NCBI GenBank assembly: GCA_951406725.2
Contig: OX597838.1
Location: 3,224,001 to 3,288,000 of the forward strand
Direction: 5' to 3'
Length of the DNA stretch: 64,000 bases
Origin: Octopus vulgaris
Taxonomy: Eukaryota
The position numbers were made by a program, and so were the translations under genes. The notes under the pieces are model-generated. The model did no database searches and was not told where the DNA came from. It saw only the letters and a list, made by a program, of their open reading frames with translations. Numbering within the stretch: position 1 is the first letter of the stretch; each line of letters starts with the position of its first letter. Positions 39,517 to 48,500 of this stretch are shown here, one piece after another.

Positions 39517-42500
39517 GTTGCTACTGCTATTACTACAACTACTGTTACTACTACTGTTGCTGCTACTGCTATTACTACTACCATTGTTGCTACTACTACT
39601 ACTACTACTACTACAGTGTGATAGTATGTCTGTAGCCCATACTGTGAAGGTGTGTAACCCTGTGACACTAGTGGCCTGGGTGTTACATTCACAGTTGCAA
39701 GATCATGATTTCGGTTGTCAGACAGAGCAGAGTGCATCGTGTTCTTGAGCAAAACACTTCACCTCACGTTGTTCTGCAATAATTTCAACCTCTGATATGT
39801 GTCATACCCGTACATGCTGTGCAGCAGAAAGGGATCTTTTCGCTTTGACCGGCAGATTTTAAAAATAATTTCTTTGTAACTAAACACTTTTAAACTTCGT
39901 ATACTGGTAGAATGTGTTTATAAAACATCATTTTCTCTTGGCTTTCTTGAGAAAATTCTGTAGTTTGTAAGATATTTGGTCTTTAATTTCTTAATTTTTG
40001 ACAATTTCAGCCTCCTGGCTCGCCAGTCCTCAGTCAAACCTGACTGGCCCTCGTGCCGGTCGCACGTAAAAGCACCCACTACACTCTCTCAGTGTGGTTG
40101 GCGTTGGGAAGGGCATCCAGTTGTAGAAACTCTGCCAAATCAGATTGGAGCCTGGTTCGCCAGACCTCAGTCAAATCGTCCAACCCATGCTACATGGAAA
40201 GCGGACGTTAAACGATGATGATGATGATTCCATGAAATGTAATGCTTGTATATCCACATTGTTTTTGAAGTAATCGTGTATTGTATTAGCCATGATATTT
40301 TGATGGTGTGATTGCTTATTTTTACAAATGACATTATAAGGTATCTGGCCAGTTTGAACATAAAAACAAATAGAATATTTGGGCTGGATACGACCAATTG
40401 AAATGCTAATGAGTTGACTGACCATACCATTCAGTCTGAGAGTTGCTGAAGCATGGAACAAACTGCCGGCATCGGTTGTTAGTTGTCGGAGCACTGCATC
40501 CTTCAAAACTTCCATGCTTCCTGAGATTCGCCAACACTACACTTGATTTTTTCCCTTCCATACACACGCAAGCATGTATCTGACTCATACACTGTTCACT
40601 TCCCAGACATTTCTACATTACTGCATGTACTTTATATGCACTTTCTGACAAGTTGTGGTGCACCTGAGCACTGTATACAATAATTTCATTATTATTATTA
40701 TTATAATTCTCTTTGCTTCTATATCCCGTCTAGGTGATGGTGATCAGTGGTAAAGATGGAACAGTACTCTGGGAAACGGCCTCATCATTTCCTTCATTCA
40801 CCTCTGACCTCACCTTACAAACAGTCGAACATCAGCGTGACGTTTTTGTATTCAAAACATTTAATCGCGATGGATACGTTCACGTGGACAGCAAAGACCC
40901 AGCCCGTATCATTTCTACAGATTCTGTAAGTTGCCCTTTCTCTTTCTGATATTCCATATGCCCTGAGCAGTCCTCACATAGCAGACAATGATCAAAGGTG
41001 TTCCAACCAGGACCATCTTGTTTTATTCTGTACTAGCAGTATCGTCCGGCGTTGCTCGGGTTTGTAAGGGAAATAACTATATAAGCATTTTTAGAGAGTT
41101 ACTTCCCTTATATAATAGCAAAAAATGCATTAAAAATGGGAAAAAATGATGGTAACTTTTATTTAAGATCGTAGATGCGCGCTAATACCCAGAAGGGCTT
41201 GATATGAATCACGTCTATAAGATACCCGGTTTTGGTTAAACTGCATCGCAAAATGTGGGAGTAGTTAGGAATCTAAATTGTAGGAGACAGACAGCACACA
41301 ACCTCACTTTTATATATAAAGATATCTATAGACTATAGCATTGAGAACAGTCAAAATCAAAATCAAACCAAATTGAGGTCGATCAACATCAGGTGACACG
41401 TAAAAGCAGGTGACACGTAAAAGCACCATCCGTTCGTGGCCGTTTGCCAGCCCTGTCTGGCCCCCGTGTCGGTGGCACGTAAAAGCACCATCCGTTCGTG
41501 TTCGTTGCCAGCCTGGCCTGGCCCCCGTGCCGGTGACACGTAAAAGCACCAATCCGTTCGTGGCCGTTTGCCAGCTCTGTCTGGCCCCCGTGCCGGTGAC
41601 ACGTAAAAGCACCATCCATTCGTGTTCGTTGCCAGCCCTGTCTGGCCCCCGTGTCAGTGGCACGTAAAAGCACCATCCGTTCGTGGCCGTTTGCCAGCTC
41701 TGTCTGGCACCTGTGCGGGTGGCACGTAAAAAGCACCCACTACACTCACGGAGTGGTTGGCATTAGGAAGGGCATCCAGCCGTAGAAACACTGCCAGATC
41801 TGACTGGGCCTGATGAAGCCTTCCAGCTTCACAGACCCCAGTTGAACCGTCCAACCCATGCCAGCATGGAGAACGGACGCTAAATGATGATGATATAGCA
41901 TCTAATGCAGTGGTTCCCAACCTTTTAACTACCAGGCACCCCTTTTATTTGAATGAGTTTTCCCACAGACCCCAGGATATTGAAAGGTCTGTCAGCTTAA
42001 CATGTACACTGGTCCCCTGTACTACCTCAACAGACCACCAGGGGCCCACAGACCACAGGTTGGGAACCACTGGTCTAAGTTGTCCTTCCTCTTTCTAGAC
42101 AATGCTTTGAAGAAAGTATTTGGCTGCCATTCTTAGAAGTTTGAGCGACTGCATAGAGGCTCTCTCCGTCTCCATTTTCTGAACTAATCAAGTGCTCCAC
42201 AGGTGATCAGTCGGCCACAGAACAGGTGCATTAGCTGTGTTTATACTATGTCTGAGGCCCACATTTCACAGTTTGGGCATGTTCTTGTGAGTCATAGGGG
42301 CATGCAATTCAACAGTCTGCACTCTCCTGTCTATTTCTGTCAGTGGTAGTAACACACAAGGGAGCGAGTGACCCCCATGTGAGCAAGTAACCCTCAAGGA
42401 AGCGAGTGACCCCCCAAGGGAGCGAGTGACCCCCAAGGGAGCAAGTGACCCCCAAGGGAGCAAGTGACCCCCAAGGGAGCGAGTGACCCCCAAAGGAGCG

Positions 42501-45500
42501 AGTGACCCCCCAAGGGAGCGAGTGACCCCCAAGGGAGCAAGTGACCCCCAAGGGAGCAAGTGACCCCCCAAGGGAGCGAGTGACCCTCAAGGGAGCGAGT
42601 GACAATGTGGCCTCATTATTTATTATGGCTAGGTTCCAATCCGGGCCGCAGCAACAAAGTCCACCCACCACATTGTTCAGTCCACCATCACTGCCTTTAG
42701 GTCCCGGATACATCCTGGGCCAGTGTCTGCAGTCAAGTAGTCAATGTCAGTGTGACAATGTTTTCCTCTTCTTACATCACCATGAAGAGGATTCCACAGG
42801 ACTAATTTGCTGTCCCTTTATTCTCAATGTCAGGCTGAAGTGATGTTGTTTTTGGTTAGTGACCCCCACTCCTCATTCTCCACCCACCTCCTGAATAAAA
42901 GTAAGGAAACAGACTCTTTGAGTATTGCAAATGTTCTGTCAATCAGTCACTTAATTGCAGTGTAAAGTGGCTGAGTATTCCTAGTCACAGGTGTGGTTGT
43001 GCATTAAGAAGTTTGCTTCCCAACCACTTAGTTCCAGGATCAGTCCCACTGCCTCAAAATCTGCAAAAATATCGTAAATATCATAATTTATCAGATTCAG
43101 AAAATTTTTCATGTAAATTACAATGTCCCCCAATTCGGGGCAGAAGATGAAGTCGCAGAAAAAAAAACATGTTTAAGTTGTGTTTTTAAAGTAATTTCAT
43201 CACAGTCATTTAAAAACTCCTAAAGAAGATGCAGTGAAAACTATTTTATAGCTGATTAGAGCTGTGGCTTAATTAGTTTATGCAGCCGTGAAAAAAAATC
43301 GATAATTCTGTTGCGGCAAAGTTGCAGCTTGCGGCAATGACGTCGTATTAAGCTGTACGTGACAGAAAATATTCAACATTTTTGTTTAATTGTTAAGTGT
43401 TTTTGATTTTAAAAGCAAGATTCGAGCGTGATCGTTACCTGCGTCGCCTTACCAGCACCTGTGCTGGTGGCACGTGAAAAACATTCGAAGCAAGGTCGTT
43501 TCCAGTGCTGCTAGACTGGCTCCTGTGCAGTTGGCACATAAAAGGCACCATCTGAGCGTGGCCATTGCCAGTACCGCCTGACTTGCCCTCGTGTCAGTGG
43601 CACGTAAAAGCACCCGCTACACTCTAGGAGTGGTTGGCGTTAGGAAGGGCATCCAGCTGTAGAAACTCTGCCAGGTCAAGATTGGAGTCTGGTGCGGCCA
43701 TCTGGTTCGCCAGACCTCAGTCAAATCATCCAACCCCTGCTAGCATGGAAAGCAGACATTAAACGATGATGACGATGATTTCACGCCGAGAAAAATGTGC
43801 ATGATAGCCCTTCTGAAGGGATACATGTAGATGTAACATTTTTCCTGAAAATGCCAACAATGTAAGCAGCAAAAAATTAGAAAGAAAATGAGGGCAAAAA
43901 GCACTCATTTTTTCACAATGGAAAATCGTTTCATTGTAGCTGGAATTCCATGACAAAATGTATGTTTGTTAAGCACAACAGCCTGCAGTGCATGCCGCTG
44001 GGCATTAAAAACCAATTGCACAAACCTAGAGGGGCTCTGGGCCCCCTTGAATCGATAAAAAATCACTCTTTTTGCCATAGCAACCACATCTTTATAGCTT
44101 GCGAATTTTAACCACCGCGGGTCTCATCCTCACCACGCATTTAGTATCCCTGCCAATTTTCAGCTCGATCCTAGCCTTGGTTTGGCTGCCTTTAACCATC
44201 AAAGCAAAATGTGCAGACAATTTTCGTCCAAGGACTGTTTTATAGATATAGATAAATAAGTAGAGGTGTTTCCCCACCTACTTTTTCCATTTTCCAATGC
44301 ATTTATGGAGACAGAAGATATTGTTTCAGAGTTCTAAGACTTTATGCCAGCTCTTTTGATGTCCGTTTACAACTTTTCCACATTACCCCCTTCACAAGAC
44401 AGAAACACTCTACCCTGACCATCTTATTTAAGATAAGATCAGTGCCCCACAACCAGTGTGCCGCAGCCCACTGGTGTGCCACAAGATGATGCTAAGTGTG
44501 CCATAAGACAATGCTTGGCGTGCCACAAAACGATGCTTGGTGTGCCACAAGACGATGCTAGGTGTGCCACAAGATGATGCTAGGTGTGCCACAAGACGAT
44601 GCTAGGTGTGCCACAAGACGATGCTAGGTGTGCCACAAGATGATGCTTGGTGTGCCACAAGATGATGCTAGGTGTGCCACAAGATGATGCTAGGTGTGCC
44701 ACAAGATGATGCTTGGTGTGCCACAAGACGATGCTAGGTGTGCCACAAGACGATGCTAGGTGTGCCACAAGACGATGCTAGGTGTTCCACAGGATGATGC
44801 TAGGTGTGCCACAAGACGATACTAGGTGTGCCACAAAACGATGCTACGTTTTCCACAGTGTAACCTGAATATAATTTTCTTTCCCTATACTTTTAATTAT
44901 ATTTGTAGCTCAGGTGTGCCGCCAAATTTTTGAAAGGAATATAAATGTACCACAAGTGCAAAAAGGTTGCGGGGCACTGGACCGTATTATTTAATGTAAC
45001 CTCTTTTTAAAACAGTAGACAGAGTTGAGTTTAGGGCTACTATTTCTAGCTCTTTCGATGGTTCCATGTTACTAATGCCAATTAATAATCCATCTTTCTC
45101 TCTCTCTTTTGTAGGTGGTTGAACATAGATCTGATCCAGATTCCAGTAAGTGTTTGTTTACTTATAGTTCTGTGTGTGTGTGTGTGTGTTTGACTGTTAC
45201 ACTGTTGACTAAAACTTGGCAGATGCCAGCGCCGCCTGACTGGTGTCCGTGTCGGTAACACATAAAAGCACCAACTGATCATAGCCGTTTGCCAGCAGCT
45301 CCTGCCCCTGTGCCGGAGGCACGTAAAAAACACCCACTACACTCACGGAGTGGTTGGCGTTAGGAAGGGCATTCAGCTGTAGAAACACTGCCAAATCAGA
45401 CTGGAGCCTGGTGCAGCCTCCATGGCTTACCAGACCCCGGTCGAACCGTCCAACCCATGCCAGCATGGAAAACGGACGTTAAATGATGATGATGATGATA

Positions 45501-48500
45501 TATATGTTGATTTGTATAAAGGATACACACACAGACATTTTGCCGTTTATATATATAGAGATTGTTGGTTTCTTATTATTATTTAAGACGTAAAAGAAAA
45601 AAGGTTTTATTATCATTAACATTGTAAGAATTTTGAAAAACTACATTTACAATGTACTAAAGAATTTCTTAAAAAATTGGATAGCAATTTGATAATAAAG
45701 ATGAATTACAAATTTGAATAACTTTTCTTTTTTGATGAATTGAGCGAACATCTGCTGGAAGCAGAAGAACAGCTTAAGGATTTTTAGAAATTGGGAAGTA
45801 AACTAAAAAAAACAACCTTAACCCTTTCGTTACCATATTTCTGTTGAGATGCTCTTTTTCTTTCAATTATTTTAAATATAACAAAGAATTTAGTAAAATA
45901 ACTTAGTTACTATTAAGCTAGTGTTAGTAACATAAATTGTGACTAAGGTTTGGTGGAAGATTTTAATTCGAAACTTAAGAAAACAAGACATTCGTACTAC
46001 AGAGCCAGAGGCGGTTTCAGCCGGGTTGGTAATGAAAGGGTTAAGTAATTGCCCTTGAAATTGTAGATCACACACCAAAGTAGCACCTTACAGAATGTAC
46101 TTGAGCTTGTGATCCATCCATCATTTAATGTCTGCTTTTCAAAACTTGTGTGGGCCAGAAGGAAATTTGTCGAGGTGGTTTTTCTACAGCCGGGTGCCTT
46201 TTCCAGTTGCCAACCTTCACCTGTTTCCAAGTAAGGTAATATTTCCATATGGCCATGAAAGATTGAAAATAAGCAACATTAATTTTGTGATATTGTTCAA
46301 GGTTGTAAACAACCATCACTTTTGCGGCGCTTGCTTACAACTTTCTCCTGAAGTCAAGACAAGAGCATACACACACACACACAATGGGCTTCTTTCAGTT
46401 TCTGTTTACCAAATGCACTCATTGAGTCTGGAACCTAGTGGTTGGGAAGCAAATTTTTTAAAGAAGTTCTTTAACCCTTTGGTGTCCAGATTTCTCTATT
46501 AAATCTAATACTTTTTCACTCAAATTGTTTTGAATTAATCATGCATTATGTTATAGCTTTGAGGTTTCAATGATATAATTGTTTATTTTTAGAATGTCAA
46601 TGTAGGTTAGGTGTGAGAGGCTGGATATGGCCAGTTTGAATATAAAACATGTAGAATATTTGGGCGGATATGGCCGGTTTAAACACTAAAGGGTTAATAA
46701 ATCTGCCTGGTTATTTATTTATTTATTTTTTCATTTATTTTAGCCTATTTACCTCAAAATCATCCAGGTTTCTTCCCATCTCCGGCTGGCTACTTTTTAA
46801 TTTGTACATTAACTTCACAATCAGCAATCACCGAAGAAGTTTTCATCATGGACCGAAGCAACTTGGACAAACCCATTCAATTGGCAGAAAATAAATATTC
46901 CTGTGAGAATTTTTTAGATTCGTTCATTGATGTTGTTGTTATTATTGTTAAGCGTTTCGCATTCAGATTTCTTTGCTTATTTATTCATTGTATTATCTTG
47001 TAGCTTTGAAGTTACGATAATGTGATTGTTTATTTTTAGAATGACATTGTGGGTTACGTGTGAGAAGCTGGATATGGCCAGCTTGAACATGTATATATTT
47101 CCTAAGCACAGGTGCATGGCTCAGTGGTTAGAGCATCGGGTTCACAGTCATGAGGTAGTGAGTTCAATTCCTGGGCTGGGCTGTGTGTTGTGTTCTTGAG
47201 CAAGACACTTTATTCCATGTTGCTCCAGTTAACTCAGCTGTAGAAACATTGGCACGCCGGGCGAAATGCTTAGCAGTATTTCGTCTACCATTACGTTCTG
47301 AGGTCAAATTCCAGTGAGGTCGACTTTGCCTTTCATCCTTTCGGGGTCAATGAATTAAGTACCAGTTATGGACTGGTGTCGATGTAATCGACTTAATCCG
47401 TTTGTCTGTCCTTGTTTGTCCCCTCTATGTTTAGCCCCTTGTGGGCAATAAAGAAATAAGAAATGAGTTGTGATGTCACTGGTGCCAAGCTGTATCAGCC
47501 CCTTTGCCTTTCCCTTGGATAACATCAGTCGTGTGGAGAGGAAAGGCTGGCATGCATTGGTGACTTCTAGTCTTCCATAAACAGCCTTGCCCAGACTTGT
47601 GCCTCAGAGGGGAACGTTTTTGGTGCAATCCCATGGTCATGCATGACCGAAGGGGATCTTTACTCCTTTACTCCTAACCGCATGGTTTCAGATTCAGTCC
47701 CACTGCATGGTACCTTGGGCAAGTGTTTCCTACAAAGGGATTTGTTGTGTGAGGCTGAAACAATACAAGAAAACACCAAGTCATCTACAAAAGGAAAAGG
47801 AAAACAAAGCAAAATAAGGTTGCAGTTTTACTTTGTATTTCTATGTTTCGGGGTTATGACTCCTCTTCAGGACATCTGGAAAAAGCAAGGAATGGAAAAG
47901 CCATTGCTCAGATGTGTGGGGGAGGAAGGAGGAAAGTGATGTATGCAGACTGGTGTTGCTAGGGCAACCAGTCTGTTTCATGTAGTTCCTTTTTCTTGTT
48001 AATGGCTGGTCTGAATATATTTATAAGGAGGGTATCCATGATTCTGAGGTTGAATGGCCCTGGTGGATACCTTAAAACCCTGGGTCAAGATAGAAACTGT
48101 GAAATTTCGGGTTGGGTAGGAACCTAGCCAATTACATCAACTCCACTGCTCAACTAGTTCTTATTTAAGTAATCCTGGAAGGACGAAGAGCAAAAGTCAG
48201 TCTCAGTAGAATTTGAACTCACAACTTTAAAAAAACCTGAAGAAATGCAATGTACTAATGATTCTGCAGCCGTTGCCATTATATATAGAATGGAGGGAAA
48301 CATCACTTGGTTCTTAATAAATATAAATTCTGCACCAGGTATTGAGTACTACTTGTCTTGTTTGCAAAACAAAAAAAATGTGTGTGTACAGGGCTCAATA
48401 TGATTATCTAGAACCTTTGAAGATATAGCTGCAGCATGGCCGTGATCCGGTGACTGAAACCTCTAAAATCCTCAGTAATGATGACTCCTAACATATGTGG

